Assembly: GCA_045653805.1 (NCBI GenBank)
Contig: JAZOMF010000079.1
Location: 5,327 to 69,326, forward strand
Direction: 5' to 3'
Length of the DNA: 64,000 bases
Source of the DNA: Eubacteriales bacterium
GTDB taxonomy: Bacteria; Bacillota; Clostridia; Oscillospirales; CAG-272
Within the stretch, counting starts at the first letter, position 1; each line of letters starts with the position of its first letter. The notes under the pieces were generated by a model. That model was not told the DNA's origin. It did not search any database and worked only from the letters and a program-made list of their open reading frames with translations. Positions 1 through 10,174 of this stretch are shown here, piece after piece. The position numbers were made by a program, and so were the translations under genes.

Positions 1-1
1 T

Positions 2-868
2 ATGCGCAGAGCTTTTGCGGAAGGCGGCGTGGCAAGTCCTGCTTCCTATAAGGTTTCAAGTAAAGAGGAATTTGACGAAATAGTAAAGCGCTTTCAAGGT
101 GACTTCATTATAAAGCCCGCCGACAATTCGGGAAGCAGAGGAATTTTTCTTGTTGATAATGCTTCCAATGCGGCAGAGGCGTATGAATACAGCCGCAAAT
201 ATTCCAGAGGTGGAGACGTGGTTGTTGAGGAGTTTATGAGAGGCCCGGAGGTAAGCGTTGAGCTTTTGGTTGTGAACGGAGAATATCACGTTCTTCAAGT
301 CACTGACAAGTTGACGACGGGCGCGCCTCATTTTGTTGAGATCGGTCACTCTCAGCCCTCACGTTTGCCCGAAGCATCGGTAAACGCCATTAAAGAATTG
401 GCTATACAAGCGGCAAAGGCTGTCGGTATTGAAAACGGTCCGGGGCATGCCGAGATAATTCTTACTAAAAACGGTCCTAAAATGGTGGAAATCGGCGCAA
501 GAATGGGTGGCGGATGCATTACCACTCATTTGGTTCCTCTTTCGACGGGAATCAATATGACAGGGGCAACTATATTGACGGCGCTCGGCGAAACACCTGA
601 TCTTGAAGCGAAGCACAGTAAAGGCTCCGCTATCAGATTTATTATTCCAAAGAAGGGTAAGGTAGTAAATATCTCGGGCGAAGAGGCGGCCAGAGCGGTT
701 CCCGGTGTAGTTGAGGTCGAGATTCAGTGCAAGATAGGTCAGATGTTGGGCGAGCTTGAAAGCGGTGCATCAAGAATCGGTTACGTTATAGCGGAAGCTG
801 AGACCGCAGAGGAAGCTGTGTGCATCTGCGAGAGTGCCCTTAAAATGATCAAAATCGATACAAAATAA
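2..868 (+). CDS. ATP-grasp domain protein (carboxylate-amine ligase type); the ATG at position 2 may not be the true start
   Basis: The translation has the ATP-grasp pattern (FIIKPADNSGSRGIF, EEFMRGPEVSVE, HFVEIGHSQP, AEIILT...GPKMVEIGARMGG). It sits directly upstream of and co-directional with the polysaccharide genes. Confidence 0.7.
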   Translation: MRRAFAEGGVASPASYKVSSKEEFDEIVKRFQGDFIIKPADNSGSRGIFLVDNASNAAEAYEYSRKYSRGGDVVVEEFMRGPEVSVELLVVNGEYHVLQVTDKLTTGAPHFVEIGHSQPSRLPEASVNAIKELAIQAAKAVGIENGPGHAEIILTKNGPKMVEIGARMGGGCITTHLVPLSTGINMTGATILTALGETPDLEAKHSKGSAIRFIIPKKGKVVNISGEEAARAVPGVVEVEIQCKIGQMLGELESGASRIGYVIAEAETAEEAVCICESALKMIKIDTK

Positions 869-889
869 ATTTTGACGGGGAGACAATCC

Positions 890-1531
890 ATGTATAAATT
901 TTTTAAACGCTTATTTGACATAATTATCTGTTTGGCGGCGTTTCCTGTTTTTTGTTTGATTTTACTTGTTGTTTCAATTTTGATAAAAGCGGAGGACGGT
1001 GGCCCCGTATTCTATAAGGCAGAGCGTATTGGCAAAGACGGAAAGAAGATCTTGATGTATAAATTCCGTTCTATGAAGGTTAATGCTCCCGATATCAGAA
1101 ATGAGGACGGAAGTACATACAATGCAAAAGATGAAGTGAGAGTTACCAAGATTGGAAAGTTCTTGCGCGAGACAAGCATTGATGAAACTGCCCAAATACT
1201 CAATGTTCTTAAGGGTGATATGAGCATTATCGGTGCCAGAGCAAGCAACTGGGATGCGTTGGAATCATATCTTCCGGATGAGATGGATAAGCTTAAGGTT
1301 CGCCCCGGTATCACAGGCTACGTTCAGGCATATTACAGAAACAATGCAACTCCTCACGAAAAAAGAGTTTATGACGGATGGTATGCTAATCATCTTTCGC
1401 TTGCCTTGGATTTGAAAATTATCTTTAAGACCATAGCGGTAGTATTGAAGCGCGAAAATCTGTACACCGATACCAACAAGGCTAATTCTTTGGAAACAGC
1501 CGAGAAGATACAGGAAGAAGCAAAAAAATAA
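890..1531 (+). CDS. Small initiating phosphoglycosyl transferase (bacterial sugar transferase family, PglC/WbaP C-terminal type)
   Basis: It has an N-terminal re-entrant hydrophobic helix (KRLFDIIICLAAFPVFCLILLVV), PVFYKAERIGKDGK, YKFRSM and DETAQILNVLKGDMSIIGAR motifs. I prefer the ATG at 890, which has a GGGGAG RBS, over the TTG at 872 used by the ORF track. Confidence 0.85.
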   Translation: MYKFFKRLFDIIICLAAFPVFCLILLVVSILIKAEDGGPVFYKAERIGKDGKKILMYKFRSMKVNAPDIRNEDGSTYNAKDEVRVTKIGKFLRETSIDETAQILNVLKGDMSIIGARASNWDALESYLPDEMDKLKVRPGITGYVQAYYRNNATPHEKRVYDGWYANHLSLALDLKIIFKTIAVVLKRENLYTDTNKANSLETAEKIQEEAKK

Positions 1532-1558
1532 ATTATCTCTGATAGAGAAGAGGATTTT

Positions 1559-2794
1559 ATGAAGATCTTAAGAACTCCGTCGTATTGCTATCCCGAAATT
1601 ATTGCAAGTACCCATCTTGAAAATGATCGTTTTCAAGCGTTTACGGCAGCCGGATTTGAGATAGTGGTTCATACACCCGTACCCACCAGAGGTATTGATG
1701 AAGATACTTATAAAAAGTACAAAACCATCAAATTTGAAGAGTTGTATGAGGGAAATGTTAAAATCCACCGCTTTTCAATGATGCGCGAAAAACGAAACCC
1801 TATCTTCAGAGCTTTGAGATATGTGTTTGTTAACGTTGTTCAGTATAGTAAAAGCATAAAAGAAAAGGGAATAGACGTTGTATACGGAGGCAGCACCCCC
1901 CCTACACAAGGTATGCTTTGCGCTCTTGTGGCAAAAAAACTATCGAAAAAATATCGAAAAAAGGTGCCGTTTGTCTACAATTTGCAGGATGTTTTCCCTG
2001 ACTCGTTGGTAACCACGGGACTGACGAAAAAGGGTTCGATTCTCTGGAAGATCGGGCGCAAGATCGAAAATTATACATACTCACACGCAGATAAGATCAT
2101 AGTTATCAGTGAGAGTATGAAGAAAAATATTATGGAAAAGGGAGTTCCCGAGGAGAAGATCGTAGTGGTATCAAACTGGATCGACACCGAGGTAACAAAG
2201 CCCGTTCCAAAAGAAGAAAACCGACTCTTTGAGGAATTTGGTATCTCGCGCGACAAATTCACCGTGGTCTATGCCGGAAATTACGGCAAGGCGCAGGGTG
2301 CTGACGTGGTTCTTGACGCGGCAGAACGCTTGAAGGATCACGCTGACGTGCAGTTCGTAATTTTTGGCGGTGGCGCGGAGTTCGAGAGCGCAAAAGAAAA
2401 GGCGAAAGCTCTCCCGAATGTTATGATCAACGGACTCTTGCCCCAAGACCGCGTGTCCGAGGTTTACAGTCTTGGTGACGTTGCAATAATCACCTGCAAA
2501 AAGGGTGTCGGTAATAGCGGAATGCCCAGTAAGACCTGGAGCATTATGGCTTGTAATACCCCTATCATTGCCGCTTTTGACACCGATAGTGAGCTTGCTG
2601 AGGTCATCGAAAAAGCTAATGCGGGGGTTACTGTTGAACCCGAGGATGCCGAAAGCCTTGTTTCTGCTATTCTCGAAATGAAAAACGGCAGAGCAGAGAG
2701 CTTTACCGGCGGCAGAGAATATGCCGTCGAGAACGCCTCCAAGGAAAAGTGCACCGCGAAGTATGTTGAGACGATAAAACAACTACTAAATTAG
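1559..2794 (+). CDS. Glycosyltransferase family 4 (WcaI-like)
   Basis: It has a GT-B C-terminal domain pattern (VYAGNYGKAQG ... GMPSKTWSIMACNTPIIA ... E) and a good RBS (GAGAAGAGG). Confidence 0.8.
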   Translation: MKILRTPSYCYPEIIASTHLENDRFQAFTAAGFEIVVHTPVPTRGIDEDTYKKYKTIKFEELYEGNVKIHRFSMMREKRNPIFRALRYVFVNVVQYSKSIKEKGIDVVYGGSTPPTQGMLCALVAKKLSKKYRKKVPFVYNLQDVFPDSLVTTGLTKKGSILWKIGRKIENYTYSHADKIIVISESMKKNIMEKGVPEEKIVVVSNWIDTEVTKPVPKEENRLFEEFGISRDKFTVVYAGNYGKAQGADVVLDAAERLKDHADVQFVIFGGGAEFESAKEKAKALPNVMINGLLPQDRVSEVYSLGDVAIITCKKGVGNSGMPSKTWSIMACNTPIIAAFDTDSELAEVIEKANAGVTVEPEDAESLVSAILEMKNGRAESFTGGREYAVENASKEKCTAKYVETIKQLLN

Positions 2795-2803
2795 GAGAAG
2801 TTT

Positions 2804-3898
2804 ATGAAGATATTGATCATTTCCGATTTTACGGCCCCATATAGAATAGCAGTTTTTAAAGGACTTTCTGAGAAATTTGAAACAACAACATTTTTTAATG
2901 TTGCGAAAAACGAGTCCCGCAATCCCGACTGGTACAAAAAATCCAGCAACGAGTTTTATTTTGAAATACTTGACAATGAAGAGTCGATAGCGCACTATAA
3001 CGAGTGTGTAAAAAACATTAAAGATTTTGATCTGGTGCTTGTCTACGACCCGTGGAACAAACGCTCACGAGCTTTGCAGAGACTTTGTATGCGCAAAAAA
3101 ATCCCTTATGTTTTAAACGCTGATGGGGCACTTGGAATCAACACCAGTTTTCCTAAAAAGCAAATAAAAACCTTTTACTGCAAGAGAGCAACTCTTTGCT
3201 TTGCGGGATGTGAGCGAGCAGCGGAGTATTTCAGAACCTATGGTGCGAGAAACGAAAAAATCGTCAAGCATCCTTTTACATCTCTTTTCAAGGATCAGAT
3301 ATTGGCTTCTCCCTATACAAAAGAGCAGAAAACGGAGTATAAAATAGAGCTCGGGATCGAAGAAAAGGTTACTTTTATAACTGTTGGACAGTTTATTTAC
3401 CGCAAAGGCTTTGATTTGTTACTTGATGCTTGGTCGAAAACAGAACAAAATGCACAGCTTTATATTGTCGGCGGTGGTCCGCTTGAGAATGAATATAAAC
3501 AAATTATTTCCGATAAAGCTCTCCAAAACGTGCATTTGATCGGCTTTAAAAAGCCGGAGGAGCTGCAGAAGTATTATGCGGCATCAGATGCTTTCGTTCT
3601 TCCTACGCGCGAGGATATATGGGGACTTGTTATAAATGAGGCGCTTGCAAACGCGCTTCCTACAATTTCCTCCAACCACTGTACTGCGGGAAACGAGCTT
3701 GTGACAAACGATTTTAATGGATATGTCTACGATTGTGAAGATACCACGGCACTTGCCGAGTTCATAAACAAGATTGCGAAGGACGAGAGGTTGAGAGAAA
3801 GATTTGCTGTAAATGCCCTGAAGTCTATAGAAGAGTATACTTTGGAAAATATAATCAGCAGTCATATTGATAGCATCAACGATGTTGTTGCAAAATAA
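2804..3898 (+). CDS. Glycosyltransferase family 4
   Basis: It has the GT4 EX7E-type motif region (PTREDIWGLVINEALANALPTISS) and an AGGAG RBS. Confidence 0.75.
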   Translation: MKILIISDFTAPYRIAVFKGLSEKFETTTFFNVAKNESRNPDWYKKSSNEFYFEILDNEESIAHYNECVKNIKDFDLVLVYDPWNKRSRALQRLCMRKKIPYVLNADGALGINTSFPKKQIKTFYCKRATLCFAGCERAAEYFRTYGARNEKIVKHPFTSLFKDQILASPYTKEQKTEYKIELGIEEKVTFITVGQFIYRKGFDLLLDAWSKTEQNAQLYIVGGGPLENEYKQIISDKALQNVHLIGFKKPEELQKYYAASDAFVLPTREDIWGLVINEALANALPTISSNHCTAGNELVTNDFNGYVYDCEDTTALAEFINKIAKDERLRERFAVNALKSIEEYTLENIISSHIDSINDVVAK

Positions 3899-3917
3899 AG
3901 CAAAGAGGTAGTTTTCA

Positions 3918-5099
3918 GTGAACATTATCTACATTTCGAGCACGTGTTCCAGAGAAAAATATGCTGAATACGTTGAAAGCAAGGGAGCGCGTGTATCTCA
4001 ACAGGCGCAGAAATATAATCTTTTGCTGGCCGAGGGACTTGTTAGCACGGGCGCAAATGTAAATTTAATATCAAGCCGACCAATCAACCGCGGAATTGAC
4101 TCTCGGTTGTGGTTTAAAGGTGAGAAGGAAACGGCTAATGGAATAAAATTTAATTATGTAAATTTTATTAATCTTCCGATTTTACGTAATGTTTCCATCC
4201 TGTTTTCAGTGTTTTTCAGAGTGCTGTTTTCACCTGTAAAACAACGCGAAAGTGCGGTAGTATGCGATGCATTGAATATCGTAGCGTCTATGGCGGCTAT
4301 CGCGGCGTCGGCTATCAGAGGTTATAAGACCGTGGGTATCGTAACTGACGTCCCTTGCCACTTTTCCAATATGGAGAATATTTCGTTTAGTCAAAAGCTT
4401 AACCTATTTGTTATGAAGAGATTTAAATCTTATCTGCTTTTGACCGAGCCGATGAGTGAAATCGTTAATCCTAAAAACCGTCCATACATCGTAATGGAGG
4501 GGCATGCAGATATGGCGATGGAAAATGTTGAAAATTGCATCGAAAACAAAGCGGATAAAAAGATTTGTTTTTATGCTGGGTCTTTAATGAAGATATATGG
4601 CATCAAAAACCTTGTTGAAGGATTTGTTAAAGCGAATATTCCGGAAACAGAGCTTCATATTTACGGAAATGGCGATTACACCGAGGAACTGAAGGTTTTA
4701 GCCGAAAAGTATGATAACGTAAAGTATCTCGGAATCGCACCCAATAGCGAGATAGTCAAGGCGGAGCTGAAGGCGACACTTTTGGTTAACCCTCGCCCCA
4801 CCAACGAAGAATACACGAAATATTCCTTCCCGTCCAAAAATATGGAATATATGGCATCGGGAACTCCTGTGCTCACAACAAAATTGCCGGGTATGCCAAA
4901 GGAATATGATGAGTACGTATATCTCTTGGAGGAGGAGACCGCCGACGGCGTTTGTAAATCACTCAGAGAGATATTTGCAAAAACTCCCGAGGAGCTTCAC
5001 CAAAAGGGAATGGAAGCTAAGGAGTTCACTTTAAGAGAAAAGAATAACGTAAAGCAAGCGGAGAAATTGTTGAAATTAATTAAAGATTTACGGAAGTAA
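3918..5099 (+). CDS. Glycosyltransferase (GT4-like), GTG start
   Basis: The C-terminal motif is FPSKNMEYMASGTPVLTTKLPG. It is co-directional within the locus. Confidence 0.7.
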   Translation: MNIIYISSTCSREKYAEYVESKGARVSQQAQKYNLLLAEGLVSTGANVNLISSRPINRGIDSRLWFKGEKETANGIKFNYVNFINLPILRNVSILFSVFFRVLFSPVKQRESAVVCDALNIVASMAAIAASAIRGYKTVGIVTDVPCHFSNMENISFSQKLNLFVMKRFKSYLLLTEPMSEIVNPKNRPYIVMEGHADMAMENVENCIENKADKKICFYAGSLMKIYGIKNLVEGFVKANIPETELHIYGNGDYTEELKVLAEKYDNVKYLGIAPNSEIVKAELKATLLVNPRPTNEEYTKYSFPSKNMEYMASGTPVLTTKLPGMPKEYDEYVYLLEEETADGVCKSLREIFAKTPEELHQKGMEAKEFTLREKNNVKQAEKLLKLIKDLRK

Positions 5100-5132
5100 A
5101 TTAAAACAAACGTAAACCAAAAGGAGTTAGTA

Positions 5133-6359
5133 ATGGATCTATCCCAAAGAAAAAAAGGTACAACGCCGTTGATGTATATTGTTTTATTTTTGGTTTTTCT
5201 TGCATCAATGAACGTTATTAGTAGATATTATGTTTTCATGTTTGTAGCTTTGGGATTGTTCTTCCTGAAACCCCGAAGAAAGCTATATTTTGACATGGTG
5301 CCTACATCACTTCTGTTCGTGCTGGGTATTTCATGGGTGCTGATTTCTCCCGATTCCACCATCTCAATATTTCGAGTCGTGAAGCCCTTTACATATTTGT
5401 TGTGCTATATTATGGGATGCGCAATGATAAGAGATGATACAGGGTATTCGTCGGACAACACGCCCTATAATCTGTTTTATAAAACGGTGCTGGCAGTAGC
5501 CTTAGGTGCTTTTGCTCACTATATTGCAAATTGGATCTCCAACGCAGGCACAATGAACAGAAACACCGTGGATATTTGGACGGGAGAGGTTATGGCTGCA
5601 ACAGGACAGGCATCCCTTGCTTGTATTCCGCTTGCTTTGGCGATTGCATGCATTTTCTGCAAAAATAATACGTTTATAAAAATTGCATCAATAGTAACCG
5701 TTGTTTTGGTTTTGATGTATAATCTGGTGCTTTCGGGAAGAACGCTGCTGCTTATGTTTTTGGCGATCATCGCCATTGCGCTTGGGCATAGATTGATCAT
5801 GCAGAAGAAGGGAAGCTTAAAGGTTCTTGTTATATTTATCGTTATTGTCTTGCTGCTGTTGGCTCTCTATCAAACGAATGCCTTTGGAATAAAATCATAT
5901 GTTGAGGAGTCGCCTCTATTTGATCGTTTCTTTGCAGAAGACAGCTCTTTGGAGCTTGATGAAGACAGTAGAATGGATAAAAAGCTGTATTATTTGAATA
6001 ATTTTGCAGACCATCTATTTGGCGGAGCTAATATGCGAAAAGTGAGAGGATATGCACACGATCTTTATTTGGACACCTATGATGAAGCGGGAATTTTCGC
6101 TTTTATTGCAGTAGTAGCATATATCTTAATGACTGTATGGCGTTTGATACAGTGTGTTAAAGATAAAAGTCTGCCCTTTGCATTCCGCCAAATCGTTTTG
6201 TGTGTTTACGTTGCTATGTATATCGAATTTATGATAGAGCCTATTCTCCAGGGAATGCCTTGGTTATTTGCTGCATTCTGCCTCATAGACGGATACGTTT
6301 GCGGTATTTTAAGTCACCATAAAACTGTTAAAACAAATCAAATGCAGGAGAAAGTATGA
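5133..6359 (+). CDS. Wzy-type polysaccharide polymerase / O-antigen ligase family membrane protein
   Basis: It is polytopic (about 10 or more hydrophobic segments) with one larger hydrophilic loop (VEESPLFDRFFAEDSSLELDEDSRMDKK). It lies between glycosyltransferase genes in a locus that also encodes Wzx. Confidence 0.65.
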   Translation: MDLSQRKKGTTPLMYIVLFLVFLASMNVISRYYVFMFVALGLFFLKPRRKLYFDMVPTSLLFVLGISWVLISPDSTISIFRVVKPFTYLLCYIMGCAMIRDDTGYSSDNTPYNLFYKTVLAVALGAFAHYIANWISNAGTMNRNTVDIWTGEVMAATGQASLACIPLALAIACIFCKNNTFIKIASIVTVVLVLMYNLVLSGRTLLLMFLAIIAIALGHRLIMQKKGSLKVLVIFIVIVLLLLALYQTNAFGIKSYVEESPLFDRFFAEDSSLELDEDSRMDKKLYYLNNFADHLFGGANMRKVRGYAHDLYLDTYDEAGIFAFIAVVAYILMTVWRLIQCVKDKSLPFAFRQIVLCVYVAMYIEFMIEPILQGMPWLFAAFCLIDGYVCGILSHHKTVKTNQMQEKV

Positions 6360-7573
6360 GAATTGCTGAGATAAATATGCTCCACAAGGGGAGCACAGGA
6401 AATATAATGCTTCAGATAGCTTGCGTTGCCCGTGAAAAGGGGAACGAGGTTAAAACCTATAGCCCTATATGCTTTTCAAGAGGAAACAATGCGACTTTTC
6501 CCGCTATTGATGAACACACATACTGGGGTAGCAAAATGGAATCGTGTTTCCATTATTATGTGGGTGCTCTTTTGGGAAAAAACGGTATGTTTTCTCGCCG
6601 AGGTACAAAGCAGATAATTGACGATCTGGACAAATTCAAGCCTGATATTATCCACCTGCATAATCTCCACGCGTTTTGCATCAATCTCCCCATGCTTTTT
6701 GAGTATATCAAGAAGAATAATATCAAGGTCATCTGGACACTCCACGATTGTTGGACGTTTACGGGACACTGTCCGTATTTTGATATTGTTAAGTGTGACA
6801 AGTGGAAAACAGGATGCCATCACTGTCCTCAGCCGAGAATATATCCCAAGATGTACATTGATACCTCGAAAAGGATGTACGAATTGAAGCAAAAATGGTT
6901 CTGCGGTGTTGAGGATATGACTATAGTAACCCCTTCGCAATGGTTGGCAGATCTTGTTAAGCAGTCCTTTTTGAAAGATTATCCCGTAAAGGTAATTAAT
7001 AACGGTATCGATCTATCAATTTTTAAGCCTACGGAGAGCGATTTCGGAGAAAAACACGGTTTGAAAGATAAAAAGATCGTTTTGGGTGTTGCTTTCGGCT
7101 GGGGATATCGCAAGGGTCTTGACGTTTTTATTGAGCTTGCGAAAAGACTTAGCGACGATTACAGGATAGTACTTGTGGGAACTGATTCAACTGTGGATGC
7201 AAGTCTTCCCGAGAATATTATTTCGATACACCGAACTGATAATCAGACCGAGCTTGCAAAAATATATACCGCCGCGGATGTGTTTGTTATTCCCACAAGA
7301 GAAGAGAACTATCCTACAGTAAATATGGAGTCTATCGCTTGCGGAACGCCTGTTTTGACCTTCAGAACCGGTGGAAGCCCCGAAATCATCGACGAAAGCT
7401 GCGGAAGTGTAGTTGACGTTGACGATGTTGACGCTATGGGAAGAGAAATCATTCGTATCTGCGAGCATAAGCCCTACACCGCGGCGGCTTGCCTTGAGAG
7501 AGCGAAGTCATTTAATATGTATGATAGATTTGAAGAATACGTAAAGCTTTACGAAGAGGTACAAAATAAATGA
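6356..7573 (+). CDS. Glycosyltransferase family 4
   Basis: It has the motif PTREENYPTVNMESIACGTPVLTFRTGGSPEII. Its start overlaps the upstream stop codon, which suggests translational coupling. Confidence 0.75.
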   Translation: MRIAEINMLHKGSTGNIMLQIACVAREKGNEVKTYSPICFSRGNNATFPAIDEHTYWGSKMESCFHYYVGALLGKNGMFSRRGTKQIIDDLDKFKPDIIHLHNLHAFCINLPMLFEYIKKNNIKVIWTLHDCWTFTGHCPYFDIVKCDKWKTGCHHCPQPRIYPKMYIDTSKRMYELKQKWFCGVEDMTIVTPSQWLADLVKQSFLKDYPVKVINNGIDLSIFKPTESDFGEKHGLKDKKIVLGVAFGWGYRKGLDVFIELAKRLSDDYRIVLVGTDSTVDASLPENIISIHRTDNQTELAKIYTAADVFVIPTREENYPTVNMESIACGTPVLTFRTGGSPEIIDESCGSVVDVDDVDAMGREIIRICEHKPYTAAACLERAKSFNMYDRFEEYVKLYEEVQNK

Positions 7574-8727
7574 AAATAGCTTTTGTGTCTAATTTCTATA
7601 ATCATCACCAAAAGCCCTTAGCTGATGCTCTGTATTCTATGATAGGTGAAGGATATCACTTTATAGAGACTGCGCCGATCAGTACTGAAAGATTAAATAT
7701 GGGCTGGGGTGGAGATCAAAGACCATCTTACATATTGCAAAGCTATATTGATGATGCATCAAAGGAAAAATGTCAGCAGATAATTGACGAGGCTGACGTG
7801 GTGATCTTCGGTAGTGCTCCGTATTCAATGATCCTGCCTCGTTTGCAAAAAGGAAATCTTACCTTTATGTATTGCGAAAGACTATACAAAACGGGAGTTC
7901 CGTATCTTAAATTGCCGGTACATATATTAAAAGCATTTAAGAATTATACGAGATATAAGAATTTTTACGTTCTTTGTGCCAGCGCTTATACTGCAGCGGA
8001 CTTTTCTAAAAGACTTGCGTTTATTGGAAAGACCTATAAGTGGGGATATTTCCCTGCGGTTAAGAAATATGAAAATATAGATAAGCTCATTGAAGAAAAA
8101 AATCCACGCTCTATTTTGTGGACTGCAAGATTTATTGATTGGAAGCACCCCGAAATACCCGTGGCGGTAGCGAAGCGCCTGCAGGCTGACGGCTACGAAT
8201 TTGAGCTTAATATGATAGGAAACGGTGAGCTTGAAGAATATACGAAAGAGCTGATAGAGCGTGAGGGCGTTGCCGATTGCGTTAAACTGCTTGGCTCGAT
8301 GAAGCCTGAGCAGGTTCGAGAGCGTATGGAGAAGAGCGAGATATTCCTCTTTACTTCTGATAGAAATGAGGGCTGGGGCGCGGTGCTCAATGAGAGCATG
8401 AATTCCGGATGCGCCGTGGTCGCCAACAGCGCCATAGGTTCGGTTCCATTCCTTATAAATGACGGTGAAAACGGTTATATGTATAAGGACGGCGACGTGG
8501 ACGATCTATATAATAAGGTAAAGAGCTTGCTTGACAATGCAGACGAGCGCAAGAGTATGGCTAAGAATGCATATAAAACCATGGCGGAAGAGTGGAATGC
8601 CGAAAATGCGGCAGAGAAGCTTGTTGCCCTATGTGAAAAAATGCTCGCCGGTGAATATAAGCCCTTCCCCTATGAGAGCGGAGTTTGCAGTAAGGCGGAG
8701 AGACTTAAAGATAATTGGTACAAATAA
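7570..8727 (+). CDS. Glycosyltransferase family 4
   Basis: It has the motif SDRNEGWGAVLNESMNSGCAVVANSAIGSVPFLINDGENGYMY and an ATGA start/stop overlap with the upstream gene. Confidence 0.7.
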   Translation: MKIAFVSNFYNHHQKPLADALYSMIGEGYHFIETAPISTERLNMGWGGDQRPSYILQSYIDDASKEKCQQIIDEADVVIFGSAPYSMILPRLQKGNLTFMYCERLYKTGVPYLKLPVHILKAFKNYTRYKNFYVLCASAYTAADFSKRLAFIGKTYKWGYFPAVKKYENIDKLIEEKNPRSILWTARFIDWKHPEIPVAVAKRLQADGYEFELNMIGNGELEEYTKELIEREGVADCVKLLGSMKPEQVRERMEKSEIFLFTSDRNEGWGAVLNESMNSGCAVVANSAIGSVPFLINDGENGYMYKDGDVDDLYNKVKSLLDNADERKSMAKNAYKTMAEEWNAENAAEKLVALCEKMLAGEYKPFPYESGVCSKAERLKDNWYK

Positions 8728-8746
8728 TTAACTTGAAAGGTTTTTT

Positions 8747-10174
8747 ATGGATAAATCTACAAAAAAACTGTTAAGCGGCTCGGTGGTATATTTTGTCGGT
8801 AGTGCATTGACCCAGTTAATAAGCTTACTGCTTATGCGCTTTGTTACTGGAAATATATCTCCTGAAGAATATGGATTTTTTAATTTAGTAACAACTGTAT
8901 CGAATCTTGCAATACCATTCGTTACACTACAGATGGCAGATGCTGTTTTTAAGTTTGTTCTAAAATCGGAAACCGAAAATGAGAAAAAAGAATATCTTTC
9001 CATTTGTTTTGTTGTTTCTGCTATCAGCGTTGCTTTGATATACGCAATAGTATGCGGCGTATCATTTTTCTATAAAATACCGCATACTTTTTTGGTTGCA
9101 ACGTATGTTGCTTCCCATGCTTTGATAGGTATATATCATAAAATCACTCGTTGCCTTGGTAAAAACAAGATTTATGTAACGGTAAATTTGATAAAAACCG
9201 CAATTTTTTTGATACTTGAAATCATACTCCTATCTGTTATGGATATGGGAATTGAAGCGTTACTGTTGGCGCACATTATATCTACGATTTTCGGAATAGT
9301 TTGTACGGAGATATGTGTGCGTGCGCTTAAATATTTCAGCTTTAAATCAATTTGCTGGTCAAAATTTAAGAACATGGTTTACTTTTCGATACCTCTTATT
9401 CCTAACGCGGTCTTTTGGTGGTTGACTAATTCTGTTAACTCAGTTATCGTATCCGCAAGATTAGGAATGGATGTTAATGGAATTTATTCGGTATCTAATA
9501 AATTTACCTCTGTTCTTGTTCTCGTTACAAGTGTGCTAAATATGTCTTGGCAGGATACAGCTATTGCCGATTACGGTCAAGATGGCTTTAGTCGTTTCGT
9601 TACCAAGACCTTTAATACATACATAAAATTGATCTTTTCTGCAATAGCAGTTGCGTGTCCTTTGATTGCTTTGGTAATACCTTATATGATAGCTCCTGTA
9701 TATTATGATGCAATTCAATATACCCCATTTTTGATGCTTGCTTCCGGAGTTGCGGCTATGTCTGGTTTTGCAGCACAGATATTTGTTGGAAAGGGAAAAA
9801 CCAAGAGCTTGCTGATAACTTCGTTGTTTGGAATGATTTCTAATATTGCTGTAATCATAGCTCTCGTTGATAAAATTGGACTTTGGGCGGCTGTTTTTGG
9901 TTCTCTTGCGGCGGACTTAGTTATTTTTGTCATAAGAATATTCTTGGCAAGAAAGGATTTTGCTAAGGGTATAAATTTTGTAAGCTTTTCAATAATATTC
10001 GTTATTACGGCAATAAGTATTGTTTTGTATTTTAATGCTGATCCAGTATTGAATGCAGTATGGTATGGAGTTTCCGCCATCATAGCGGTGATCTTGAATT
10101 GGTCGTTTATACGTGATATGATCACTTTGACGTTCGGTAAATTTTTAAATAAATTTATTAAGGGTGAGCAATGA
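8747..10174 (+). CDS. wzx: Wzx-type flippase (MOP/polysaccharide biosynthesis protein family)
   Basis: It is a 475-aa protein with about 12-14 hydrophobic segments. The N-terminus (KKLLSGSVVYFVGSALTQLISLLLMRFVT) is typical of oligosaccharide flippases. Confidence 0.75.
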   Translation: MDKSTKKLLSGSVVYFVGSALTQLISLLLMRFVTGNISPEEYGFFNLVTTVSNLAIPFVTLQMADAVFKFVLKSETENEKKEYLSICFVVSAISVALIYAIVCGVSFFYKIPHTFLVATYVASHALIGIYHKITRCLGKNKIYVTVNLIKTAIFLILEIILLSVMDMGIEALLLAHIISTIFGIVCTEICVRALKYFSFKSICWSKFKNMVYFSIPLIPNAVFWWLTNSVNSVIVSARLGMDVNGIYSVSNKFTSVLVLVTSVLNMSWQDTAIADYGQDGFSRFVTKTFNTYIKLIFSAIAVACPLIALVIPYMIAPVYYDAIQYTPFLMLASGVAAMSGFAAQIFVGKGKTKSLLITSLFGMISNIAVIIALVDKIGLWAAVFGSLAADLVIFVIRIFLARKDFAKGINFVSFSIIFVITAISIVLYFNADPVLNAVWYGVSAIIAVILNWSFIRDMITLTFGKFLNKFIKGEQ

